DNA of 64,000 nt. Origin: an uncultured virus (IMG/VR IMGVR_UViG_2663763079_000004) (lineage: Duplodnaviria; Heunggongvirae; Uroviricota; Caudoviricetes). The position numbers were made by a program, and so were the translations under genes. The DNA lies in the IMG/VR virus record IMGVR_UViG_2663763079_000004, positions 1 through 64,000 of that record. The stretch is one strand, 5' to 3'. Each line of letters opens with the position of its first letter. The stretch's first letter is position 1. This document shows positions 10,001 through 18,729 of the stretch, one piece after another. The notes under the pieces were generated by a model. It worked only from the letters and a program-made list of their open reading frames with translations, had not been told where the DNA came from and searched no databases.

Positions 10001-12971
10001 TCTTGCGGGCACTGGTCGCAAAGAACCAGAATTTTTTGTCAGCGACGTCAAGTGCGTTTCTGATCTGCGGAGCATTAACGTACTGCCAGCTGTTACCAGG
10101 GTAGGTAACTGACAGATTAGCCTTTGTCACTTCAATCTCTTTCAGGAGGTGAACGGCTTTATTCGCTGACTCTATACGGCTTGTGGCATCCGGTGCGAAC
10201 ATGAAATTCAGATCAATGCCGTAAGCTTCCGTCAATAATTCACAGAATGAAGTTAGTTGCGACAGTCTCTCGGGCTCAGTAGAGTCCAGAGTAACTCCCG
10301 TCGCCTTCAGTAATTCCTCGGTGGCGTTTTCAAGGTGATCGATGATTGCAGGCAATGAATTTGCTGCAGCAATGAGAGAAGACTGCCACCCATTGGTCCA
10401 GTCAGCCTGCGTAATGAGGTCAAAATGATCGCCGTGCTGTTTCCAGGTATCACGGTTCAGCTCCAGACGTTTTACTATCTCTCTGAACTGAGTCATCTCT
10501 GAAGAAGAATGCAAAGTCGATGCAGGCCAGCTAAAGTGCGGCGTGGCGCTACTTGCATCCCTGATAACCGTGCCCATTGCCTGATGGAGCGTTAAGCCAT
10601 TTGGCCAGCGCAGATGGAGCAAACGGACAACCTCATTGAGTTTGTCTCGCAGGTGCTGCACCTTGGCCGCTTCTTCCTTCCACTCCGAGGTGGTCAGTAG
10701 ATCACGCGCATCCCATGCCCGCTCTAGCTGTTTCAGAAAATCCATCTTGGACGTTTTGCTCGAGTGCAGTTCCAGACAAAATTCACCGAGTCCCTGAGCC
10801 TCAAGCCTGCGATAGACCACATCCAGTGCCGCTTTCTTCTCAGCAACAAAAAGTACGCGCCTTCCCAGCGCAAGGTTATGCGCGATCATATTGGCTATGG
10901 TTTGCGACTTACCGGTACCGGGGGGGCCATCCAGAACAAAATCCCTCCCTTTTGCAGAGGCTACAACGGCGGCGATTTGCGAGGAATCTGCAGGCAGCGG
11001 TAGGAAAAGATCCTGCGTATTGACGTTGTCATCGAGTTCCTCAACGTTGATGACTTCTCCGCTCTTATCCAGAACGGCATTGTCCTGGCCGCGTTCGATG
11101 AGATACTTTACCAGCGCACTTTGCATCAACTGAGGTGCCCGATCGATTAGATCTTTCCACATCAGATATTTGGCAAAAGAGAATGTGCCAATCACGACAT
11201 CACGGGTGACTTCGAAACCGGGTATGTCGCGCACAGCACGCCGTACCATATTCCAGATGCCATCCACATCAACACCACTTTCATCGGTGGGCAGATCGCC
11301 ATCGAGGCCGTTAATTGTCAGAGCAAAGTCATTATGTAGCAGTTCAAGCAGAGTAAGGTTGAAGCGGGGCTCTTCTTCCAGCAAACGCATGGTCACGCCC
11401 GAAAGTACACTTTTACGGTCAAGCTGAATCGGCAGTAGTATCAGTGGAGCTGAGTAACTTTTGGGATCATCAGCGGATTTTTTCCATTTAAGGAAGCCCA
11501 CAGCGAGGAAAAGAGTGTTGGCACCACCTTCCTCCAAATCACTTTTCGATTTTCGATAGAGGTCGATTAGGGATGACTCGAGGCGGTATTTTTCCATTGC
11601 GGAGACGACTTCACCGCGTTCCAGCGCAATCTGGGCGTATTCTTCCCGCAGGTTCTCGTTTGTGAGCTGCTGATAAAGTTCGGCATCGCGGCCTCCACTC
11701 TCTAGATCAGGGAGCGGGACAATGCGAATGCGTTTGCCTTCAGCTAGCTTATCTTCAAGATGGCCCGGATTCGCACAGATCAAACGAATGCCTTTAGCGC
11801 TTTCAGGCAGGTGTAACAGGCGGTTACGGGTGGTTAAGTCCAGAAGTTTTCGTTGCCATTGTACAAGCCGGCCCCCAGCTTCTTTTTCGCCAGCTGTTTC
11901 AATATCAATGTCAACATCAGGGAGAGAGGGTGCGTCCTCAAACCCATGAGAAATAACCTCCTCAGCATCAGGCTGTTCTTCAAGGCGAGTGACACCCAGA
12001 GCCAGTGGCCGAATTTTCTGCATCCGCGCGCGACGCGAATCAATGGCTGCGTGAAAAACATCCTCGTTAAGATACTTTAACGCTTCATCAGATGCCTGAG
12101 TAAATGAAGGCGGGTGAGCTCTGGTCGCGAGAGTTGTCTCAAATACGACCATTTCTTTTAGGTCGACACGTTTGCGCACCGCAGAGACGTCTTCTGTCAC
12201 TAGCTGCGAAAATTCCTGTGGTTGTAACCAGACGCCAGCAAACGCATGACCTTCACTGAGCATTAGCAGTGAATTCAAACCAATCTGTTCCAGTGCTGAA
12301 GCAAATAATAAGGTTGTATCCAGACAGGTCGCGACTTTTCCTTCCAGAATGATGCCTGGTGTGCGAATTTTCTGGCCATTCCGTTCAAAGCTGGCTGGGG
12401 GAAGGGCATAACTGATATTGAGGTTGCAGACAGCAGTCCAGAGAGCTGAGGTAATTTCCCAGACACGAGTTCTCGACTTGCTTTCATAACCATCAAGAGC
12501 GTCATTCTTGCCTGCACGGCGAAGGACATCAGAGGCTGCCTTGAGTACACGATCTACCGCCGGATCATTAGGAATGATAAATGAAGGGAGCAATTCAATC
12601 ATTGCGCTGCCGCCCCATTCATTTTTCGCAAGTGCCTCAAGCGAATAATGAGTAATGAAGATTTCTTCCTCACCCTGGCACAAACTTATGGTGACTTCGC
12701 AGAGTACGCTTTCGGTCAGTTCGGCGAGCCATTTGGCATTAAGTTTGACATCCCGATCCCTGATATCCAGTGAAGTACCGGGAAGCAGGCGGTCGATATT
12801 CCATTTTTTATCTTCGAGCACGGCTGGCGCGGTCCGCAGATGCAGCGTCAGATCCTGAAATGTCTCTTCGGACTCATTATGCAAGATGAGCTCACGTAAC
12901 AGCGGAACTGCATTCTGGTGTGATGTGAACCCCAGCTTGTGCGCGATACTCACCTGCGCTTTTATACCCAT
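7080..12971 (-). CDS. hheA: Hhe-type anti-phage protein: transglutaminase-like + DUF4011 + SF1 helicase + Vsr-like nuclease + DUF3320
   Basis: WQRKLLDLTTRNRLL (DUF4011); GPPGTGKS, DEASQ, GDPRQMPP, HYRS, QGDERD, RRLNVAVTRAR; DSPFE..RIDL..VECDG nuclease; AAGGAG RBS before ATG 12971. Confidence 0.85.
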   Translation of the reverse strand: MGIKAQVSIAHKLGFTSHQNAVPLLRELILHNESEETFQDLTLHLRTAPAVLEDKKWNIDRLLPGTSLDIRDRDVKLNAKWLAELTESVLCEVTISLCQGEEEIFITHYSLEALAKNEWGGSAMIELLPSFIIPNDPAVDRVLKAASDVLRRAGKNDALDGYESKSRTRVWEITSALWTAVCNLNISYALPPASFERNGQKIRTPGIILEGKVATCLDTTLLFASALEQIGLNSLLMLSEGHAFAGVWLQPQEFSQLVTEDVSAVRKRVDLKEMVVFETTLATRAHPPSFTQASDEALKYLNEDVFHAAIDSRRARMQKIRPLALGVTRLEEQPDAEEVISHGFEDAPSLPDVDIDIETAGEKEAGGRLVQWQRKLLDLTTRNRLLHLPESAKGIRLICANPGHLEDKLAEGKRIRIVPLPDLESGGRDAELYQQLTNENLREEYAQIALERGEVVSAMEKYRLESSLIDLYRKSKSDLEEGGANTLFLAVGFLKWKKSADDPKSYSAPLILLPIQLDRKSVLSGVTMRLLEEEPRFNLTLLELLHNDFALTINGLDGDLPTDESGVDVDGIWNMVRRAVRDIPGFEVTRDVVIGTFSFAKYLMWKDLIDRAPQLMQSALVKYLIERGQDNAVLDKSGEVINVEELDDNVNTQDLFLPLPADSSQIAAVVASAKGRDFVLDGPPGTGKSQTIANMIAHNLALGRRVLFVAEKKAALDVVYRRLEAQGLGEFCLELHSSKTSKMDFLKQLERAWDARDLLTTSEWKEEAAKVQHLRDKLNEVVRLLHLRWPNGLTLHQAMGTVIRDASSATPHFSWPASTLHSSSEMTQFREIVKRLELNRDTWKQHGDHFDLITQADWTNGWQSSLIAAANSLPAIIDHLENATEELLKATGVTLDSTEPERLSQLTSFCELLTEAYGIDLNFMFAPDATSRIESANKAVHLLKEIEVTKANLSVTYPGNSWQYVNAPQIRNALDVADKKFWFFATSARKKVIGEVIRQYSLTSAPDLSVDLPIAETLQTLLQRLTELNSVTLFLPGWAGLDTNVAQLQTTLELAESIRNSLGGFASSPQQLVEIRTAVKNLIIDANDLLGSQGVISALTRKLRTAIANFNDAQVSFCNLIKPAEDKPSLPALRDCALNILQHQSALKAWSDWSRVREEAISHGLQPVINALIHVNSGEISAAEIFETAYCRWFASWMIDSEPLLHNFVPAEHMSDIEAYRAQTDRLAKLTVRYIRARLCGVIPAKNEVSKQSGFALLKHELQKSRRHKPVRQMAAEMGDAMAKLAPCMLMSPLSVAQFLPSDQALFDLVIFDEASQIAPWDAIGTMARGKQVVIAGDPRQMPPTSFFNRAANDTDDDTEEDMESILDECLAAGLYNHSLSWHYRSRHESLITFSNHRYYDSNLITFPASETKQSAVQWCKVTGVYSKGKGRHNQVEAEAIVAETVKRLTDKEFVASGRSIGIITLNTEQQKLVSDLLDRARQHHPEIEPFFQSELEEPVVVKNLETVQGDERDLIIISIGYGPTEPGANTMSMNFGPLNREGGWRRLNVAVTRARQEMMVFSSFDPSFIDLNRTSARAVADLKHFIEFAQRGPEALSQAVRGSVGGYDSPFEEAVANGLRRKGWHVVPQIGVSRFRIDLGIVHPDKPGDYLVGVECDGATYHSAATARDRDKVRSAILQGLGWKLLRLWSTEWWIDKEGALDRLDTAINRLLEESRAAEAALIAEAEKQKQITPVIGHVTNDASEDILVSEITPVANDEEISTSVNPIITPPAEVSEDDGGTELKYASTASQNNNKPAHAGKYVVNDLQEWHDRTDAEQFYIAEYDETLKTLIEAVVTSESPVLDTTLVHRIARIHGFTRAGRLIRERVMEIVDQHYHLAADHSGENFVWLSAEQRADWNAFRLPATDNDIRQVDAIPSEELRALALSIKGDNKIQEMTRSLGIKRLTSQAKKRIESILNVV

Positions 12972-13439
12972 GAAACTAGTTCTCCTTAAGAGGAAATCAC
13001 TCAAATATGCACAGTAGTGCTGACGACAGGAGACGCATTGAACAGGCAGAAAGCATCAGCAATTTGATTGCTCTGGCGGCGAGTATCAGAACAGGCGCGC
13101 AAGTACAGAAAGCATCATTCGCGGATTAGGTTGGGGGCGAAAGGTAGTGATTGTAAAAATCAATGCACGCTTCCTCTACCGTCAAGAGGTCGTCCCTAAG
13201 AATCATCTTAGTATTTTGCTAACATTAAAGTATAACGCGAACTTGATCTATAGATTAGGTCAGCCCAGTAATCTGAGGTGGGATAGCAATTTCAGAAAGA
13301 TTTATGTTTTTGATAAATATATTTTTTTTCTTTCATCCCACGATTCACTTGTAATGATGAACAACAAAAAAAAACAAGAAAAGATGATGTTCGATATAAT
13401 ATTTTGAAAAATTCCTGGATAACAATTGAATATATCTCT

Positions 13440-13526
13440 TGACCTGTTCCCTGTTGTTGAACAAGGCACTATTTTAATCATACCTTTGTCAAACTGTGAA
13501 CTTCCGCTATTCGCTCTAAGCGGTCT
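13440..13526 (+). repeat. Right boundary element of the defence cassette
   Basis: TGACCTGTTCCCTGTTG...ACTTCCGCTATTCGCTCTAAGCGGTC. Confidence 0.55.
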
Positions 13527-13838
13527 TAGAGACTGTCATGGCATATTACCAGGCGCGGAAACCCTGCGAAGGTAGGGTTATCTCGCCTTTGCTGTTGAGA
13601 AAGGTAGTTTAATTTGCACCCGACATCACTCTCATTGATTAAAGCACGGAGTGGAGATTACTGCGGTCCACAGTTCTGACAAACAGTGAAAGAGAAGGCC
13701 TGCGTAAAGAAAAAAGGTGTCGCGATGCGTGATGCAATTACCTTATGACAGACCTTGCGGTGATTTACGGCACAGGGCAGATTCCGGACGCTGTGAGCCC
13801 ACTCATTCCTGCGAAGCCTGATTCTGCTGTACCTCAGG

Positions 13839-14036
13839 CTATATGATGGCCTGCGCAACAATCACATCCTGCCCATTAAACGTCGCGGCGGGGGAACCAT
13901 ACAGTTGATAACCAAGCGCCAGTGCTTCTGAAACCCGATGACAAAATTTAGCGTCATCCTTACCTGTCAGGAGACGATAACGAGGAAGACCATCCGGAGG
14001 TTCATGGCCCTTATTTTTTATTTCTGGGTTGCTCAT
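13839..14036 (-). CDS. DUF1737-family protein, possibly clipped by TGG>TAG
   Basis: YRLLTGKDDAKFCHRVSEAL..GYQLYGSP..AQA motif; frame stays open for 11 codons (PEVQQNQASQE) after the TAG. Confidence 0.7.
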   Translation of the reverse strand: MSNPEIKNKGHEPPDGLPRYRLLTGKDDAKFCHRVSEALALGYQLYGSPAATFNGQDVIVAQAII

Positions 14037-14448
14037 GGTAGTGCTCCTCTTCAATTTTAGCCTTTTTGGCTCTGTCGTTATTTTTATCTTCACAAAACCA
14101 TAAAAAATCATAATGGTCAATCTGGGCCATGCGTGCAGGGGAGTACCCCCGGGCCCTGGACGTCCCCTGTGTGCCAAGAGCGGAATCTGGAGCGCCAGAG
14201 GCCCTTTAAAAATTGATGATTCGTTTTGCAGGGATACTTACATTGCCACGTGTGTACTGACCATCTTAATAAATTCGGGGGTACGCCAGAGGTAGCAACG
14301 TTTCTTATCAATGGTGTTGATCACTACAAAAATGACTGTATCCCTGTGATAGCGGATTTCGTCCTTAGTGGAGAAAAGATCAATCTAAACATGAGCATGG
14401 GTTAGCGAAAAGTGGCATTAAACGCTTGAACATTTCACCTAACAAGTA

Positions 14449-14468
14449 TACTGTTTATTTATACAGTA
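14449..14468. promoter_or_regulatory. LexA (SOS) box
   Basis: TACTGTTTATTTATACAGTA matches CTGT-N8-ACAG, ~20 bp upstream of dinI-like gene. Confidence 0.9.
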
Positions 14469-14487
14469 CTTGCGTGAGGAGCTAGTT

Positions 14488-14721
14488 ATGAAAGTGGAAA
14501 TCACAATTGATCGCCAAAAAAAATTGCCGGATGGCGCTGTGCCTGCTCTGGAGAAGGAGCTACTGCGGCGATTGGATCAAAACTTTAATAACTGCAGTCT
14601 TGTGATTCGTCGGGCCAGCTCCGATGGGTTGACCGTGCTTGGTGGAATGGACGGAGATAAAAAACGTGTAGAGGAAATCCTGCAGGACACCTGGGAAAGC
14701 GCTGATGACTGGTTCTATTAA
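14488..14721 (+). CDS. dinI: DinI-like protein
   Basis: MKVEITID..LPDGAVPALEKEL..ILQDTWESADDWF. Confidence 0.9.
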   Translation: MKVEITIDRQKKLPDGAVPALEKELLRRLDQNFNNCSLVIRRASSDGLTVLGGMDGDKKRVEEILQDTWESADDWFY

Positions 14722-14765
14722 GTTGAGGTCCAGTAGCTTGCCTGGTTTATTTTGAGGATTTTGCT

Positions 14766-15023
14766 GTGAGTAAAAAACAAGAAATGCCGAACACCGGCTA
14801 TGCAATTATCAGATGCGACGATGGGGTGATCGTTGCTCGTCTTACATCCTTTCCTGTGTGTGAGCGCGCTTTAATGTACCGGCGCGGCGACACTGTTTCG
14901 TTTATGCCTTTGCAGCCGGATGAGATAGTGGGGACTCTCTCTCTTTTTTCACAGATGATTGAAAAGGCTAGGTCTGGAGTTGGTTACCAGGTTCCCCCTG
15001 GTTCTGTTACAATCCCGTCATAG
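14766..15023 (+). CDS. Hypothetical protein, candidate SOS-induced antirepressor
   Basis: 85 aa with GAGGA RBS directly after dinI; function inferred from context only. Confidence 0.55.
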   Translation: MSKKQEMPNTGYAIIRCDDGVIVARLTSFPVCERALMYRRGDTVSFMPLQPDEIVGTLSLFSQMIEKARSGVGYQVPPGSVTIPS

Positions 15024-15063
15024 GCCTGAACAACCTATACCTGCTGCGTCACGGAGAGAAGCC

Positions 15064-15456
15064 ATGACGCAAACAACCGAAGTATCAAAATCCCCTCTGA
15101 CTGGTGCTCCTTCAACGAGCGCCGGTTTACTCTCGTCTTCGAAACTCACTTTTCGACAGCAGGAAGTTTTCGATCTGCTGGTGGCCTACATCAATCAGCA
15201 TGGCTACCCACCTACGCTATCTGAGCTGGCCGATATGCTCGGCGTTAGCTCGTCTAATGCTGTCCTGTTGCATCTGCGTGCGTTAGAGAGAAAAAATTTC
15301 ATAAAACTCTCTCGCCGTGTCTCCAGAGGAATTTCCATCGTCGGGCGAAAGGAGCCTATGCTCGCCGTGCAGCTGCTGCAGGAAATGATCGCTGAAGAAC
15401 CCGGCGCGCGTGAAAGAGCGATTGAGTTTTTGCGACTGTTCGGTGATCAGCCATGA
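15064..15456 (+). CDS. LexA-like DNA-binding domain protein without peptidase
   Basis: LTFRQQEVFDLL..HGYPPTLSELA..HLRALERK..SRGI matches the LexA N-terminal domain. Confidence 0.8.
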   Translation: MTQTTEVSKSPLTGAPSTSAGLLSSSKLTFRQQEVFDLLVAYINQHGYPPTLSELADMLGVSSSNAVLLHLRALERKNFIKLSRRVSRGISIVGRKEPMLAVQLLQEMIAEEPGARERAIEFLRLFGDQP

Positions 15457-15656
15457 AGAAAAGTTGGTTTTTACACGAGCAGCTTTCAGAGGCTGAGGCT
15501 ACAGAGCTGGTGGATCGATACCGTAAAAATAACTGTGTGGTTGAGAAGAGCTTATCCAGAGACTTTGCATCGTGGGAGATCCGCGTGTTGTTGCCGGAAT
15601 CGAAGAAGCCGCCACGGATTGACAGGACCTACATACAGAAGATGTGGAGGGACTGA
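15453..15656 (+). CDS. Conserved hypothetical phage protein
   Basis: 67-aa ORF translationally coupled on both sides. Confidence 0.65.
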   Translation: MKKSWFLHEQLSEAEATELVDRYRKNNCVVEKSLSRDFASWEIRVLLPESKKPPRIDRTYIQKMWRD

Positions 15657-16687
15657 TGCGAGCTTTGCTTAACGTGGATATTGCACGTCATCTTGGAATT
15701 GTGCTGCTTAAGCCGGGTAGTGAATTAATGCCGTTATTCGGTGCCGGCCGAGTTCTTGTTGAAATACCGCCGGCAAGCATGAAAAAGATACCCAGTGGAC
15801 GTCTTCCTGATGCCCGGCAGCCATTGCGGGATGATATAGGGATCAGACCTTTTTTCATGAAGAAGGCGGTTATCACTGCAGCTGGTGGGGTTAGTGCCCT
15901 CGAGTCATGGTTGCGTAGGCAGGTTAAAAACTGTCAGTGGACACATTCCGATTACCATCACCATGAGCTCGTCCCGTTTCGCCATTCGACGGGTGTAATA
16001 ATCGCATGCTGGCACTGTGATAATGAGCTGAAAAACCAAACGGAACACACCCTCGATCAACTGGTAGGTGTTAATAACGCTGACTGGGTAATCGACACTG
16101 CCCGCATCGCGCTTGGGCTGGACGCTCAGCGATCATTGTCACTGGCGGAGCTATGCTGGTGGGCGGTAGGCGCCGGGATTGGCGATGAAATTACAGAAGA
16201 AATGGCGCGCCGATCCCTGCGTATTAAAGACGATGGCATTAAATCTGTTTACAGGGAGAGTGAGATCGTTCCGTCGGTACCGGCCACCAGCATTCTTTCT
16301 CCCCGTATCGAAAAAGCAATCAGGCCAACGGCAAAAACAACGCCGGGCAAACCTCTGGTTCCTGTGAACGTCGATCCTGTTGCACCGGCGACACTATTCG
16401 CGAGACCTAAGCGGAGCCGATGGTTATCAGCTGACTTTATCTCATGGGTTAAAAAACAGCCGTGTATGTGCTGTGGGCAGCCTGCAGATGATGCCCATCA
16501 TCTTATTGGCTGGGGGCAGGGCGGCGTAGGCACCAAGGCCCACGATATTTTTACGATCCCATTATGCCGCAAGCACCACCGTGCTTTGCACCATGACCCT
16601 GCCGCTTTTGAGCGTGAATACGGCACCCAGCCGGTATTGATTATTAAATTGCTGGACCGGGCATACGCGCTCGGCGTTCTGGCGTAG
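15656..16687 (+). CDS. DUF968 / YdfU-like protein
   Basis: C-terminal CxCC..DDAHHLIG..KAHD..PLCRKHH nuclease-like motif. Confidence 0.8.
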   Translation: MRALLNVDIARHLGIVLLKPGSELMPLFGAGRVLVEIPPASMKKIPSGRLPDARQPLRDDIGIRPFFMKKAVITAAGGVSALESWLRRQVKNCQWTHSDYHHHELVPFRHSTGVIIACWHCDNELKNQTEHTLDQLVGVNNADWVIDTARIALGLDAQRSLSLAELCWWAVGAGIGDEITEEMARRSLRIKDDGIKSVYRESEIVPSVPATSILSPRIEKAIRPTAKTTPGKPLVPVNVDPVAPATLFARPKRSRWLSADFISWVKKQPCMCCGQPADDAHHLIGWGQGGVGTKAHDIFTIPLCRKHHRALHHDPAAFEREYGTQPVLIIKLLDRAYALGVLA

Positions 16688-16703
16688 TAAGGAGAAGAAC
16701 AGA

Positions 16704-17306
16704 ATGACACCACGTCAACGCCGTCTACACCGTGCAGGATTAGAAACAGTGGCCGCCGCCCCGCGCAAAAGCTGGCTGGGCCGATTCACTCCCCTTAATG
16801 GCATTCAGTCCGCCTGGATAAAATCTCTGCTTACTGTATGGGGAGAAGGTATGAGAGGAGGTGCGGCCCCTCGCAAACCATCAGGACATTCATGCTGGCG
16901 AGGTATGAAGGGTGATCACTGGTCAGATAGAGCATTAGAGCGCTTTACGGCAGCAATTGAGCAGGCAAGGAGTGAAGGCTATCGCGGGCGGCAGGCACTA
17001 AGCAGGGCGCATGCCATTTTGTGGCCAAAACCTGCAACTGTGGCCATTGACGCTGCGATCACTGAGGATGATGTTGAATTTGTTGAACGATGTGTACTGG
17101 CGATATTTGAAACGGGTGATCCTGTTTATCTCGTTGGCGTTAACTATTACACCACCCGCAAAAAAATCTCAGACATAACACGGGAAATACAGCTGGTGGC
17201 GCCATGGTTAACAGACAGTGAGGCCCGGAAAAGAGTGCGCTGGTGTCTTGAAATATTCAGAGCAAAAGCTTTCCTTTCTGTTCATAAGGCGATTCATGCG
17301 GATTAG
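16704..17306 (+). CDS. Late antiterminator Q-like protein (DUF1133)
   Basis: QSAWIKSLLTVWG motif; position before late promoter and lysis genes. Confidence 0.7.
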   Translation: MTPRQRRLHRAGLETVAAAPRKSWLGRFTPLNGIQSAWIKSLLTVWGEGMRGGAAPRKPSGHSCWRGMKGDHWSDRALERFTAAIEQARSEGYRGRQALSRAHAILWPKPATVAIDAAITEDDVEFVERCVLAIFETGDPVYLVGVNYYTTRKKISDITREIQLVAPWLTDSEARKRVRWCLEIFRAKAFLSVHKAIHAD

Positions 17307-17426
17307 CAAAAAGTGCTATGTTGACTTTTTGGTATTGAAAATGGGCCAGAAAGTTAGATAATCCCTTCATGCTTGGCAGAGCTGCGCCACTCGGCAGCGA
17401 CAAAAAGCGACAATCTGAATATAACG

Positions 17427-17452
17427 AAGACCCCGCCCGTGCGGGGTTTTTG
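17427..17452 (+). terminator. tR'-like intrinsic terminator
   Basis: ACCCCGC-CCGT-GCGGGGT followed by a T-run, downstream of TTGAAA..GATAAT (17335-17362). Confidence 0.75.
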
Positions 17453-17460
17453 CTTTCCGG

Positions 17461-17514
17461 CGATACGACAGGGGTATTCGCGAGATGCGCTGCATCAATA
17501 CCCCTGTCATATCG
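17461..17514. repeat. 18-bp inverted repeat / long hairpin
   Basis: CGATACGACAGGGGTATT (17461-17478) vs AATACCCCTGTCATATCG (17497-17514), one mismatch. Confidence 0.8.
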
Positions 17515-17549
17515 TCGTATTGCATACGCAATCTCACATGCTTCAGCAT

Positions 17550-17753
17550 TCACCGAGGATTTTTAATGATTTTTTTGAAGATCTCTAGGGCTTCGGTTGT
17601 TAACTGATCATGTTCGATAAAGTAACTGTCACATGCTGCCTACTTTTGAGCAGGGGATAGATTAGGGTTGCTTGTTAATTCAGCGGTTTTAGCTGCTATT
17701 TCTGCCAAACGTTCAAAAATCTCTGAAATTCTTTGGTTATCAGTAGATAGCAT
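17550..17753 (-). pseudogene. 67-codon moron gene with internal TAG
   Basis: GAGG RBS; MLSTDNQRISEIFERLAE...SPAQK*AACDSYF...KNPR; stop at 17640-17642. Confidence 0.65.
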
Positions 17754-17936
17754 TTTACTTACCTCGTATTTACCTGATATCAGTGGGTGACTGCATTGAG
17801 TCAGGGCTTTGCAATAGCTTCAAGTATCAGAATGCATACAATTTAAGTGGGCTGTTGCTGGCTTATATTATGGCAGAGGCGCTGGCGGTATGGTCAGATA
17901 TTGACACTTTGAATGTTTGCATCCTAAATTATTGAT

Positions 17937-18045
17937 GTGGTGAATCCCCCTATGCGGAGGGGCGACCAGTCAGTTACAGAAACCTGTAAATGCAGCGCGG
18001 GCCATGCCGACTGGGGCATGCTCACCGGGAGGCACCCGGCACCAC
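17937..18045 (+). ncRNA. Structured RNA motif copy B
   Basis: GTGGTG/CACCAC closing stem, CCCCT-ATGCGG-AGGGG hairpin, ACCGGGAGGCACCCGG hairpin; TTGACA at 17901. Confidence 0.65.
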
Positions 18046-18426
18046 ACTGTCACTAAGCATATTGAATATTTCATAGTGGGTTTACTTTTGCGGTTGCTCT
18101 GCTATGTTTATAGAACGTAAAGGCAAAAGTGAATGCTTCCTGGTAAATCGGTAGCTCGGACTATTAGGTGCACCTTCCTTTCGTTACAGCCTTGGTTGCC
18201 AATTTTCTTCCCGCTTCTCTGGCGGGTTTTTTTTGCTCGTAATCTGCCCAAATAAATCATCAAAACAAGGAAGGCGATGGATTCATTTGCAGGAACTCCT
18301 TTCCCCTTCAACGGAGTGAGGCTCAAAGCAATAAGAAGCGGAACAGAAGGATGCTTTACGCCGAAAAATTAGGTCATAGCGACGTTTGGCATTGAAGAGA
18401 CGTTATTGAGATGTTAAGTTTTATGG

Positions 18427-18537
18427 GTGGTGAATCCCCCTGAGCGGAGGGGCGTAAACAGTATTGTTTTATTGCTAAACCGAATGCGCGAGTCATGGTG
18501 GCTGACCAAAGGCTTACCGGGAGGCACCCGGCACCAC
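18427..18537 (+). ncRNA. Structured RNA motif copy C
   Basis: Same arms as copy B with a different middle; TTGAAG..TAAGTT promoter-like sequence just upstream. Confidence 0.65.
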
Positions 18538-18729
18538 AACTTCACCTCAAGCCCACGTTAACGCGTAGGCTGTTCTTTTCCAGCGGATCTATTCAAAGGC
18601 TGCGCATTTGCGTGGCCTTTTTCATTTCAGGCTCACGGGAATCATCATCGATACGGCTCGTTGTTAAATCAGCCCGATGGGCCTGACCCCCTACACGCAC
18701 AAAGCACCCCGTTAATCCGGAGGTGGAGT

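Noticed and set aside
13147..13407. 86-aa AT-rich ORF as a second defence gene
   Set aside because: No clear RBS or motif; more likely the promoter region of the helicase gene
17300..18700. tRNA genes in the Q-lysis interval
   Set aside because: No T-loop GTTCGA or canonical cloverleaf found; structured units reported as ncRNA candidates instead
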